This document shows, piece after piece, positions 34,060-46,700 of a DNA stretch of 64,000 bases. Made by a program: the position numbers and the translations under genes. Numbering within the stretch: position 1 is the stretch's first letter; each line of letters opens with the position of its first letter. The stretch comes from Tubulanus polymorphus (taxonomy: Eukaryota > Animalia > Nemertea): contig NC_134030.1 in NCBI RefSeq assembly GCF_964204645.1, forward strand, positions 3,266,778 through 3,330,777, in the 5' to 3' direction. The notes beneath the pieces are model-generated. The model saw only the letters and a list, made by a program, of their open reading frames with translations. It searched no databases and had not been told where the DNA came from.

Positions 34060-37000
34060 TCTGACTGATAGTGATATGACGCAGCGAATCAATTACAATT
34101 CAATTTCATTGTCAGATCGTATTCAGAAACGCCCCCCATTTCACTAATGGCCGCATATGTTTCAAACTATAAAACGGAACAGGTGTTGAACAATTACAAC
34201 AACACCCAGTCCAGTCTGCACAACTCGGTATTAGTCATCAATATCCTATTCTTTCCATAAATAATTCCACGATTCCACGTTTCCACATTAAGAGCTCCGG
34301 TGAGATTTCCGCGAGCGATATTAAAATCCGACGATAAACACTTGTTTCTACTCGATGATAAACCGAACCGACTGCAGTAACCGGTCCCAGCAGCGACAAC
34401 AGCGGTTACAGAATTCTCAAAGTGCAACCGTTTCATAAATTCAATAATTTAGATATTTCGTAGAACGATTTCAGTTTCAAGCCCTAACCGCATCAACGCT
34501 AAAGCTTCTTCACTTTAATGGATCAATTGTAATTCCTTACAGTTCAAGAGGATCAGAGTAATTTCCGTATTCATATCGCGAAACCGCATTATATACATTA
34601 GGCCTATATCAACACAACAATTATCAATATCCTTTAATACTCGACTAGAAATGAATTGTAGCCTCGTAAATCCAGCGCTAGTTTATATTTACTCGATCCC
34701 ATTTACTGATCGCTTATTTACGCAATATGCACAGAATTTAACACAAAGTCACAACGAGAATTTCTGATCTAATAACGTAGTCGCATAAATAATATATCTA
34801 TTCCGCAACTAAACAATGTTGTTACATGTACAGTCTGTACATATATATATCTATAGAATGAACAGGTATTGATTATATTTGCCCGTAGTTTGAATTGTTG
34901 TCAAGTCAAGTCCCGATAATTGACCTAAATTTATGTGAGTGAATAAATATTCTTAAGTTTTTTTGATGATCAAAATTATGTTTCGAAGAACCAGGCACCG
35001 CGTAGCCAGGATTATTCAAGAGTTGGTCCATGAACATTGCCAAAAAGGCCTAAATCATGCATGGATATCAGGAGTGGAATGAGGATAGGGGGGCAAACAT
35101 GTCTGAGACCTACATGTAATTGGTAAATGAACGGGAATGCTGTAGACGCAAAGGACTTAAGGAGGTCTGGGCCTCAAGAACATTTTGAAAAAATGTATCA
35201 TTTTCTGAGCATCTAGAGTGACTCTAGAACAAAATGACCGGTCTATTTGACACCATACATGTAACGTTCTTAAGCCAGGTTGTGAAATCTTGGCAAAAAT
35301 AGGGACGGGGCCCGGACCGCTTAGGCCCCCTGGTTCCGCCCCTTGATATGATAGAAAAAGGCATGAGGTAAAGTTCAGTCATAAGTTCAAATCAAATCAG
35401 TATTTCTTATGAGGAAGCCAGGAACAACCCTTGGCAGCGCTCTAGATTCGTGCAAACCCTTTAGCATGTTGACCCCCACCTTCAATATCATAGCATTCTA
35501 GATCTATACAAAAGAAACCAATCAGTACAAAGCGTGGTGGAGTTTGTAATTAATAATTGACTAACCTACTTATACGGTTAGGTAAATAATACTAATAAAA
35601 CATTGGTGTTTGTAGGTGGATCAAATTACCACAAATAACTGAACAAATGAATCATTACATTATATTATAGAAACAATAAACAACTGTAATATCATTATTA
35701 CCTAGACAAAGATATCACACTTCTATGTCAGTCTATAGGCCTACAAACATAGCACAAATAAATGTCAGTTTATTTGTATATTTGTATAAAAAAGTGGTAA
35801 TATTTATATTACACTCTTTTTAAACCAATAAGAGCATAAAAACACCTCTTCTTTAAAAAGATAACTAAAACCCTTATTAGTAGACTTCAGTTTATAGCGA
35901 AAGGCTCTCCGATATAGTTTACTATGAAAGCTTAGAAAAATTGTGTACCTTGGATCCATGATAAAGTCAAGAAAATCCATGACCATCATAATCGAGTCAA
36001 CTTGAAAAATGGGCAAAAATTCAGCTCGCTAATTCTTTATAGGCCTTTAGAATGCGAAAGTATCTTAAAAATAAAATTTTGACATCAGAAAAGTATTTGC
36101 GGTAAGTGGATTTATTGTTTAATTGCCATTTTGGACAATTCAAAAAAGGATCAAAAAGATTGCGTGTGCGGTATTTTCACTTTGAAGTTGGAAGTTTGAT
36201 TCCAAGGAAAACAAATCAGCAAATTTTATATCTCACATGAAACATTTTCATGGGATTTTTCAACGTTGATTCGACGAATTAAGCCAATAAAACAATGGCT
36301 TTAGAGTGATCGCCTAAATTGAAGTGAACTTTGTTGATATACGCCTACAAATTGACAACACTGCTATAAAAAACTGGAATATTGATTTGAGGTTATATTT
36401 ATATCAAACACACTTCAAAACTGAGAGATAAAACAAATCAAAGCACCGCGCAAAATAAATGAGTTATTGACGTAGAATGGATTAATCTAAATAAGAAATT
36501 GATCCCTTTAGCCCCAGACATTTACAACCTATCACTGCGATGAAAAATACATCCTAAATGATGAAATTCACCTCAAGGGAAAATGATGTCATTTCTCAGA
36601 TACTTTGTGTGAAACATACTCTGTATGAGCTTGGAGTAATCTGATTACTCCAAGGTATGAGGAATATATGAATACCGGTAGGCTACCGAAGTCTTAGCAT
36701 ACTATGATTTCAACACCTCACACTTCAATCCGGAGGAGCATTGGACAGATAGCGGATAATGACGACTGAATGACTCAAAAGGTAAACACAACACCAATAA
36801 CAAAAACACAATTAGGCCTACATGGGGAGGGAGGGGGAAGTTACACATAAAGGATTAATTAAAAAATCTAAGATAGATTGATTTATCGGGAAGAAACATT
36901 TTTGAGGGTTAGGTTATGTAATCAACCCTAGGCCTATGTGTATTTCGCCCGATTTCAAAACTGGTTTATGAAACTTTAGACACAGGGAAAAGTTAGACTG

Positions 37001-37332
37001 CAAACTCCACGATACAACTCTCAATTCATTATTCCATGGTTTTTCCGATCCATATAGTGAATAAGCCTGTACCCTACGTACGAATACGAATAAATTACAA
37101 GAAATTTTATAGGCCTACAAAATATCTAAAAACTAAATTTAAAAAAACATGAAAGCAGCCAGTTCCCACAATAACTAAGCGTTACAAGCCTAAAATATAA
37201 AAAGGAAAATGTAACTTACTTTTTGACGACTGCAGCTTGCTCGTCATCCGGACTGGTTTCTATTTCATCTTTAAATTGAACTTTAACCGGAGACCTCGGT
37301 TCTTCGTCGTCGCTCATCGTGCGTGACTCCAT
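22360..37332 (-). CDS. PP2C-like (PPM-type phosphatase fold) domain protein, CG9801-like, about 537 aa
   Basis: Exons 37220-37332 (MESRTMSDDEEPRSPVKVQFKDE), 27473-27592, 25104-25267, 24598-24720 (AYGIAMSLYDQHP), 23846-24027 (GDPIADAF...IADGVNWG), 22360-23271 (NVGDS, RDAGGALG, TTDGISDNFD, GKLDHASIV). Phases are consistent (1614 nt). PPM metal-binding motifs (DG, VGDS, DG..D, D) are present. Confidence 0.88.
23325..23760. repeat. 15-nt tandem repeat (CTCAATCTGAACTCC)n, intronic
   Basis: Source of the LNSLN/REFRL pseudo-ORFs. Confidence 0.95.
26330..26435 (+). repeat. Dispersed repeat, second copy at about 61272-61375
   Basis: AGAAATTATTCTGATTTTG(G/A)GAGTA...TTTGGGAGAAGTTGA...AAAAGAG.AGAAACTA is shared. 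Confidence 0.65.
27640..27820. repeat. (AGAGATAGAC[AGGC])n simple tandem repeat
   Basis: Seen directly in the sequence. Confidence 0.9.
29685..30040. repeat. ~26-nt minisatellite (CAGATTGTTGGAGCAGCCCAGAGCTG)n
   Basis: Seen directly; about 13 degenerate units. Confidence 0.9.
30510..31132. mobile_element. Tandem array of about five MITE family B units (130-nt period)
   Basis: CAGGACCCAGTTCCACAGTTGTGAGTTAGAG...CTCACGACTGTGGAACTGGACCCAG repeats at 30510, 30640, 30770, 30900 and 31030 (last unit has an inverted interior). Solo copies at 53483-53597, 60209-60323 and about 13500-13955. Confidence 0.85.
31580..31910. repeat. Polypurine (GA-rich) degenerate tandem repeat
   Basis: GGGAGTTGAGAGG/AAGGGG units with an internal duplicated block of about 140 nt. 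Confidence 0.85.
32255..32750. repeat. Compound 13/12-nt satellite (CATAGTCAAATCA / CATAGTCAACTGA)n
   Basis: Seen directly in the sequence. Confidence 0.95.
32984..33112. repeat. ~53-nt tandem repeat (ACAGCAGTCTCAAAGCTACCGAG...), about 2.5 copies
   Basis: Seen directly in the sequence. Confidence 0.8.
33341..33630 (-). CDS. Candidate alternative first coding exon of the PP2C-like gene
   Basis: MPLSRSRLSESFSRSVSRTWDSMTSC...RAKRTQSMPA ends at a phase-2 donor (AG|GTATAC) that matches the phase-2 acceptor at 27592. The segment is GC-rich and coding-like. Confidence 0.65.
34005..34057. repeat. (TA)n microsatellite
   Basis: Seen directly in the sequence. Confidence 0.95.
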
Positions 37333-40300
37333 CTAACAACACCAACAGCTCATCATAATTAATCCAGATCAGTGACAGTCAGAGGGACTGCGAGAGAGCT
37401 GTTGCAGCATCAGACAGCAGCAGCGGCGGCAGCAGCAGCAGCAGTTTGTGATGGTACAGAACGTAGGTGATGAGGTAAGCCACCTGTACAAGCATTAGAC
37501 TGCTGCTAGTGCTGATTCATTAAACGACAGATCAGTAAACATCGATGTCAGGCTGGAAAATGTATATTGAATATCTGTTACAAACATTGAGTCATGCTAA
37601 TTTTCCGATGTTTGAGTCATAAATCCGTATTTAGACGCGATTTTGCAGCATTTTCCTGCAGATTTTATGTTGACAGCTACCTTCAATGCTAGAGATTGAA
37701 TTGATTGAAGCGACACCGAGCGAAGGATTCGAGAACTAATATTGGTATTTCAGGGACTCGAACTTACCTGATACTTCCACTTATTCTGAAGATCTTCTAC
37801 TATTTCAAGTTAGCGAATGTTGACTAATCTTCGTTCAATTCGTTCCAATGCAATTCAATTCTAACTATATTTTTCCTTTTATACCACTGACGTTAATTAA
37901 TTCGTGTTAATATGTCTCTTAGGGCCAGACTATCTTTGAGCTCCAATAATCTACTTATTGTCCTAACGTCAACTTATTTCCACGTTATATCTATTGACTT
38001 TCATTAGTTCACTATTTAGAAAAAGTTCTTTTTAATCATGAATTTTTGATCCCCTCCGTAGTAGTCAGTAGTTAGTGTACTTACTGTATGAGATGTATTC
38101 TACAAATTATTTATATATGGACCTTCGTGTCTGAAGCAAATAGATAAACAGATGTACGGTAAATGAATAATCAAGAAAACAAAACAAAAAATCCTGGTTT
38201 TAACGCGCAATCGACCCGCCGAAAAACATGATTTCTCAGAAAGAAAGTTAAATACTGACAAGTTTTGCTTCGCGAATCGATCTTTTTCTGACTCGTAGTT
38301 CGGCCTGAAGATGGACTTAATGTGCCGGGGAAATTGCACTTTCAGAGAACTCGATCTCCGCAGAGTTACTGGCCAGAAAGTGATCGAGTCGATTTCAAAT
38401 GTTCACGGCCAAAAAGACTGGCAGGCACACACTATGATTCTGGCTAGTGCGCGTTCGTCTCTGTGACCGGAGTCCAAGGTTCGGGAGACCGGTCATCTAT
38501 GTTGACGTACTTCACCAGATTTGTTTTGTTTTCGAGTTTCTCATTTGGGAGAATTTTCCTTATAAGACGTACCCTCTCCTGTGATTCTCGTTAGGATCTA
38601 TCCTCGTCTAAGTAAGCGTTGGAGCGGCCCACCAGTCCTCGCTACAGTGATTTATGAAACTAAGAATTGTCCGTTATGGAAAATGGAGCTTCTTTCGCCT
38701 GATCCTCTTTTGAGCTTTGCTGATCTTTATTTATTTTTTGTAAATGGATTTGGGTCCTTTATCGATAGCTAACCACAGCCTTTTTCTATTGCATGGCTCC
38801 TCGAGACGTTTGCCTTAGTTTAAGTCGGGGTTAGGTTACGGGGGTGTCCTGGTGATTATGTGTTCATTCCTCGATCGCTCTTTATCCTTATCCCGAGATG
38901 AAGAAGTTGCGAATTGGGGCTTCATTTTATTTGTTGAAGAATAAAGAGCCATGTCTCAGCTGTCTTTGGACCCAGTTTTGCAGTCGGTCCAAAATGCCTC
39001 GAATCTTAAAATCTCTTCTATCCGATTGGTTATAGAACTAACGGCCAAGATTGATCTATTGTTTTCAAATGTAAGTCTTGAGCTCGTAACCTGGGTCCAA
39101 CAGGGAGTTCCTTTCAGTACGGTAAGTCAACGGAATAGAAGGAATCTCCTCGAATCATATATCAATCAAGACGCTGAAAGAACTATTTGGTTTCATTGTT
39201 GCTTAAGTTTATTCATAATACAAATAGTACACCGTCTCTTTCATTTATGCAAATTATTTCTCAAGCGAGGATGCCACAAAGCTATAAAATAAGTAACTTC
39301 CCAAAACTATCTTCGCCACGCACCTGCAGACACCTTGCATATAGCAATTATCTATTTACATTTTAAAGCACCATTGGACCCATTAAAAAAATTGTTTTAA
39401 TATTCAAATTTGCTCGGATATCGGCGCACGTGATTGGTTAAGATTATAACGGTTAATTATCTGTTTAAATAAATCTACTACGGAATGCCTCTTCTATCCT
39501 ACGTATGATATAGTTTTTACAAACAAGTCAAGAATTAGTAGCATTTCAACAATCGACTTGGTAATTAAATGTCATACTTCATCAAAGAATCAAATAAGAT
39601 TATAAAACCGAATAAGTTTGAAAACCCTGTTTACATTTTCCTCACAAATTGCTTTGAACACGACAGGAAACTCTCTGAGAATGATTACAAACTATATATG
39701 ATATCAACTCTTCCTATTTCTGTATATTTACACAATTTTGATTGCCATCACGTATAATAAGTATAATAAAAATATTCAAAATTCGGAAACTGCAATGACC
39801 ACCAGTTTCTAATGTAAACTATTTGAAATATTTCTGGTCTTCCAGTGAAATCTCGTTAAAATGAACTCAGAAAATCATCTTGAAATTTTGACCCAAATCA
39901 GGAAATATGAAAACGAACTATGGCTTACAACGAACTGAGTACGGTTGTAACAAGGTTTCACTGTAATTCCTATTTCCTCTTTTCTCAAGTGAATCTTTTG
40001 TTTAATCTACGGCTAAATCATTTTACGACTACATCAATCATTCTATCAACAAATATGTATCTCCTGAGTCAATCAGGCTAAACTATAGGTGACTAGACTA
40101 TACACAAAATATCCACATCAAAAGTCTAAGCATAAACATCTTTTTTGGGGATTAAAAATCCCGCAATAACTATCAAAATGCTATTCAGCCAAAAATATGT
40201 AAAACGGTAGAAATATTAGAAAAGAGTAGAAATTCACAGTTCAATCTTCTTAAGAATATGATGTAGAAATTCTTCTTTTAAGTGATTTTGCCATTCTAAA

Positions 40301-40788
40301 ATCTATAAATACAAATTTCTTTTTTCTAAATCAATTAAAATATTCCAACTATATCAGTGAGGTAAACAGTATTAACTATATGAAACGGATGAACGTCAGA
40401 AAATGATAACATTTTTTCACGAAAAATTCTTTTTTAATGGAAACATCTTTATAAGCGCATAAGACGTTTAGTGTACATCGAAAACATGGCGGGTGGCTCT
40501 TCAAATCAGAATGTCCTCTCTAGTGGCTCCTATATGAAAAGTTCTTTATCTTAGTTATCAGCAGTGTACACGCATCTAATCATATCAGTCATTAAAAAGC
40601 ACACAGCTAAAAGCATCGGTGACTATTCCCTTGGTTATTGTGAATACAACACAATCAGCTGAAAAATAGAAGAAATTCATTGTTTATCTCCGACTAATTT
40701 TCACCATGATTAAATTAACAGTTTCGCAGTGTTTGTTTGGCTTACTGTTGTTATTTCATCGATTCATTCAATTGCGTTTTTCGTCCAT

Positions 40789-43700
40789 TTATCCATCGAC
40801 CAGAGTTTCTGGAACTGTATCCTCTACAAGATGAACAGTACAATTATATATCATTCACATTCGTCCAGGTATCAATTTAAAATTGCACCCTGCACCCCCT
40901 CAGACAGTCTGCAGCCTGTGCCCTGTCATTCAATACTTTAATTCTTCCAATTTTTGATCATCCATAGTTCAAATATATCCAAAACTTCCCCTGTGACTAC
41001 AAACATCAGACATTAGAAATTCTTTCATCACATACTCAAAGGCGGATTGTCCAGATTTTAGTGGTACAGGGCTGCAGATAGATTGATATCAGCATAAAAC
41101 GAGAGCTAGAGAGGGATGACATGTATAATGTAAAATCTACCTTCAGTGCTTTGAGGTTCCTCCAGATTTTCCAGTTGATTTGGGGCATTGTCAGTTGCAT
41201 CATTTGGTTCGGCATCATTTGGTTCGGTGATCTCGGTTTCTAAGACCTCATCTGCAGTTGCTTGGGGCACTGTTTCATCTTCAGCAACACCATCTTCAAC
41301 ATATTCAACCATTTCTAAAAACGAACGCGTATTGAATAAGTTTCAACTAAAGTTTTTGCCTTTTTTTCCCAAACAAATGCCCTTTTCATTTTGTGCTACA
41401 TCTAGCGTTGCCTCAGGATCCAAACCGAAATAACTGATACGATTCTGTACAACTTTTTGCACGATTTACCTACCTTCATTAGAGGGGAATCCATTGCACC
41501 ATTTAGCACAGCGATAAGTTCGGTATCCTCCCATTCTTCTCCAGCATGAAGTCTTTTTGTGACATTTCGAATACCATTTAAGGATTGCGTAATACGGTCT
41601 AACACAGAAATACATGCAGCGAACGTATCGACTTCTGTGACGTCTCCATCTTCTACGTATGCGTCTACGCAGCTTCCTCGAACGGTACATTCCTTCGTTC
41701 GATTCCTCTTTCGGTTCCATTTCTATCAAGTAATAAAGATATGCGTTAAGACATAAAATGAGTAAGACCAGAGTTTCTGAAACTGTATCCTCTACAAGAT
41801 GAACAATACAATTATATATCATTCATATTCATGCAGGTATCAATTTAAAATTGCACCCTGCACCCCCTCAGACAGTCTGCAGCCTGTACCCTGTCATTCA
41901 ATACTTAATCATCATTCTTCCAATTATTGATCATCCACAGTTCAAATATATCCAAAACTTCCCCTGTGACTACAAACATCCGACATTAGAAATTCTTTCA
42001 TCACATACCCAAAGGCGGATTGTCCAGATTTTAGTGGTACAGGGCTGCAGATAGATTGATATCAGCATAAAACGAGAGCTAGAGAGGGATGACATGTATA
42101 ATGTAAAATCTACCTTCAGTGCTTTGGGGTTCCTCGAGATTTTCCAGTTGATTTGGGGCATTGTCAGTTGCATCAATTGGTTCGGCATCATTTGGTTCGG
42201 TGATCTCGGTTTCTAAGACCTCATCTGCAGTTGCTTGGGGCACTGTTTCATCTTCAGCAACACCATCTTCAACATTTTCAACCATTTCTAAAAACGAACG
42301 CGTATTGAATAAGTTTCAACTAAAGTTTTTGCCTTTTTTTTCCAAATAAATGGCCTTTTCATTTTGTGCTACATCTAGCCTTGTCTCAGGATCCAAACCG
42401 AAATAACTGATACGATTCTGTACAACTTTTTGTACGATTTACCTACCTTCATTACAGGGGAATCTATAGCACCATTTAGCACAGCGATAAGTTCGGTATC
42501 CTCCAATACTTCTCCAGCATGAAGCTCGTTTGTGACATTTCGAATACCATTTAAGGATTGCGTAATACGGTCTAACACAGAAATACATGCAGCGAACGTA
42601 TCGACTTCTGTGACGTCTGCATCTTCTACGGTCCATTCCTTCGTTTGATTCCTCTTTCGGTTCCATTTCTATCAAGTAATAAAGATATGCGTTATAAAGA
42701 CATAAAATGAGTAAGATCATCTCTGAAAACTAGATTCCACAAACCGGTATTGTCATCTGATATTTCATCTGCCACTTCATCAAGTGAGTTGTTTTCCTCC
42801 GCAGTCTCTTCAGCTAAAATAAACAAATACTTGTATCATTGGGAAAAGACTAAAACAAGTCGGCATCCAGTTGGACAGTGGTGCATAAGTCCAAAAATGG
42901 TCTTAAATCGTAAGACTTGTTAGCTCAAGTTGTTAGATTAGCTTTAGAACTAAGATGATCTAACACTGGTCATAAATCTAAACAATGAGTACGCAACAAG
43001 CCTCAGGTGCCAATTCTACAGTTCCTAGTTGAAAAACTTATTTGAAATTTAAATATCACACTCATCTCAGAACTGGGTTACCGGTATCTGGTCCGGAGGA
43101 CAGCTTTTCTCATTGTGACTGTGATCATTTTATGAGTCACAAAACTTATTTTGGTTCACCTGAAATCACGTTATTGGTTTCCTCATTTTCGGAAAGTGGA
43201 TACAAACACAAACCCTATAAACGTACCATCCTGTTTCGGCATCCTCGCACACCAATTTACACATTTCCTCGCGCGAGTGACGCCCAAAGATTTCCAACAG
43301 ACGGGATTTTTATGACAGCGACGATACCATTTCATAATCGGAAACGATGAAGTGCATACGTACACGCACGATACATACCGCCCACTCCCCGCTCGAATAA
43401 CACGACCTGAAAAATCAACACTAATTTCTAAATGATAGTAAAATAAAGTATTCAAATGATCAGCTTACAATTATTGATAGGTGAAAATAATCACAATCAG
43501 AAGAAAAACTATAAAAGTTAAACGTTTCTACTCTATTTACTTGAGATATTCTCAGTATCAGTAAACAGTTATGTACAGTCGTTCAGCAGAGTTTTATTGG
43601 GTATATTGTTATATGGAATCAACACTTGGATTCAATCAAATGAAATATCGATTAAAGCGATTACATCTCATTTTCATGGGTATAAAACAGTTTTTCGTGC

Positions 43701-46700
43701 AAACGTTTTCGGGATCATACCCCGTCATTAGGTGAAATACATGTGAATCAAATGGAAAAACTACAAATTTGTATAGACTTGTTACTAAAAGTACAATGCA
43801 ACATTTTCTAGAATTTGTTTAGTTTAATCAAAGCCAAATTTGATAGTTTTCTATTTGAATATCGTTATGCATTACGTACGATCAGTTTTCAAATCAACCG
43901 AATTTTCCGTAGCAGTTTCTTCAACCATTGAATCTAAAACAGACAATATATCTTAACACTACACATTTGAATATAAAAGACAAAGTCATTATCGGACTAT
44001 GGGGTCAGTTACTGAAAAGGGTTAGTTAAGTAGAATTTAGACTTCGCTAATGACAACAATCAACTCATTTCACTATATAAATTGTGAAGTAAGATATTGA
44101 AGTGTTTAGGGCAAAAACTAACCTTCAGTAGAGTCAGTAGGGGTTTGTTGAGCTTGAACTGGTTCATTATCATCATTCTCATCTTCAACGACTAAAATGA
44201 AGATAATGTCTGAATACATTGGACACCAAGGAATATACTTAATCAGTTATGGATCTGAGGCTTAATAACCCCACTGCATTTCAGTCAATAAATGGACTGA
44301 GGTTTAGTCAATAACCAACCAACGATTAGTTTACCAACTGGTAAATAACCTTTTCATATAAATGTCAAATAATTTTCTGGTTACAATAAAGGGTCATTCA
44401 TTTATTACGTATGCATTAGGGGAGGGGGGAGGGGTCAGTGCAATTGCGTACTGTAATGCTTAATGTATATGAAAAAATGGCAGATTTTGCGTACAGAGGG
44501 GGGGTTGAAAAATTCAAATTTTATGCGTACGTAATAAATGAATGATCCCTAAAGCTAGTTTAACCCCTAATTAATCGTACCTAAATCAGCAGGAAGGTTT
44601 TCATCATTAGCAGGAAGGTTTTCATCGATTTCTAAACTATCTTCGTCTGCATGTCGTAGTTTACAGGCCCTCGCACAATGATAATATCGTCTCCCGAAAT
44701 TTTTCAGCCAGCATCTCGATCTCATGTGACAAATCTTGTACATTCTGTACAATCTAAACGGTGACATCTTCAAGCAATAGTAAATACACCGGAGGAACTT
44801 TGGTACACGCCTTCGCACAACTACACCTGTATGACAAAAAGATTGACAGAATACAAACAACTCTAAGATGATGGTCGTTCCTACATTCAGGGCGGATCAA
44901 GGGAGCAAGATCTGATCTGAGAAAGGAAATCTGCAGCACTCTAATCAACTCAACCGTCATTGTTTTATTTTTCAATCTTAGGCAGATTTTGATCGGTTTT
45001 CTATCGATTCCAGATTCTCTTCTGGTACATCCACTTCAACCAGAGTGGCATAATTTGTTAACCTGATAGAAGTGGCCAGTAGAGACGGGAGTAATGCGGA
45101 ATCGCTGCTATGCCTATACCGGAATACATTCTATCAGTGTAAATCTGAAAGTAAGAAAATTGCTTACGAGCGTTTTCAGGTTCAACCAATTCATTCTCAG
45201 CTTCTTCATCAGAACCGGCAGCTACAAAACATCAAAATGGCAAAAATCATAATAAATCAAGGTTTTTGATATAATAATGCGGTACGAACAATTCTACTGT
45301 TTACACACCTTTATTCAGATGATAACGACAACGATATAAACATCTGGAAGCGACTCTAAAACGCCTTGAATATTTTGCCCAACACCAATATCTAAAGCCA
45401 CACTTCCTCATCCAATTTTTAGCCTGGATCATGCCCGTATTAAGACATTGAGCCATGCAGATAACAAACTGCTGCCGGCCCGGTGCGGCTGTTATCTCAA
45501 ACAAGAAAATCTTCGAATGAATTTTCATGCGTTTTATGAATATGGACCAAAGTAATGCGCAAAAGCGTTAATAAAGTGCACCAAAATAAATAAAGACTAG
45601 TCAAAGTCTATGTTGTATATATAAAAACCCACAATCTCAACAAAAAATGAAGGAAATATCAGTTACACTGACGTTTCGGATATTACTTCAATCCAGCTTC
45701 AGAGACTTGTTTAAATTACTCATTTACCGGATGAAGCTACGCTAGTAGCAAAAGCTGGTACTTAAAATTAAATCTAGTTAACATTCAAAGTACGACCTGC
45801 CTTCACGTTTAGAGATTTATCTAAAAATCTCTCTTTCAGTTACCTCTACACAACATCTATGAAACATTTCTCTTTTAGTATTTGTTCATCCATGTTGTGG
45901 TTTTTTACATAATAAGTGCAATTTAGTATAGAATATGATATTCACTTTTGTTTATATAGTAAATGCAGCTTGTTTAAACTGGTTTAATATGAATAAATTA
46001 CCTATGAATGAGTTTTCTGGTTCCACTGCTGTCTGCTCCTCATTTGTGTCAATTTCTTTAAATAAAAAATAAATCATCATACATCAAATGTTAGTGTAAA
46101 TGAAAGCATTTCCCATACCCTAGGGTTTTTACTTTGAGTTAGGATGTGGTCACCTGATATGTACAAACAACCCCACATAGCCAGCAAGCGTTTTGATTGG
46201 TTTAGAGCTGGTCATCTGATGCGAACAAATGTAAACAACGCAGTTTACACTAACAACAGCGATACTGAATGCATAGTCAAAGTGCACATTTTGACTCGGA
46301 CCGGTTCTACAGTTATTGGTCATCTTCAGGGACAATAAGGTTATAACATAACTATCTAAAGTATACGTACCATCAATGCGATGTCTACATCTGTACACAC
46401 ATTTGTACGCTTTATATCCAGCTTTACGCGCCCAACAGTATTTACTGTAACCACACTTTATGAACCATTTTGTCGCATAGTATTTAGTGATGTGTAAACA
46501 GTAACGCATACAGGAACGGAATCCATTGACTTCATCGGTCGCTTCATCATCAACTGAAACAGACAATATTTTTCAATGGTTAGCGTTAAAATCTAGTTTA
46601 TGTAATTCATATAAAAAACTCATAATTTTAACGTTCAGTTTCAGAAAACTCTATTCATAATTCATAGTTAAGTTCAGTTTAGTCCTGCATCCTGGTAACT

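Noticed and set aside
37400-40500. Short ORFs between the PP2C-like gene and the polyprotein 3' end
   Set aside because: No recognisable domains, splice pattern or coding-like composition.
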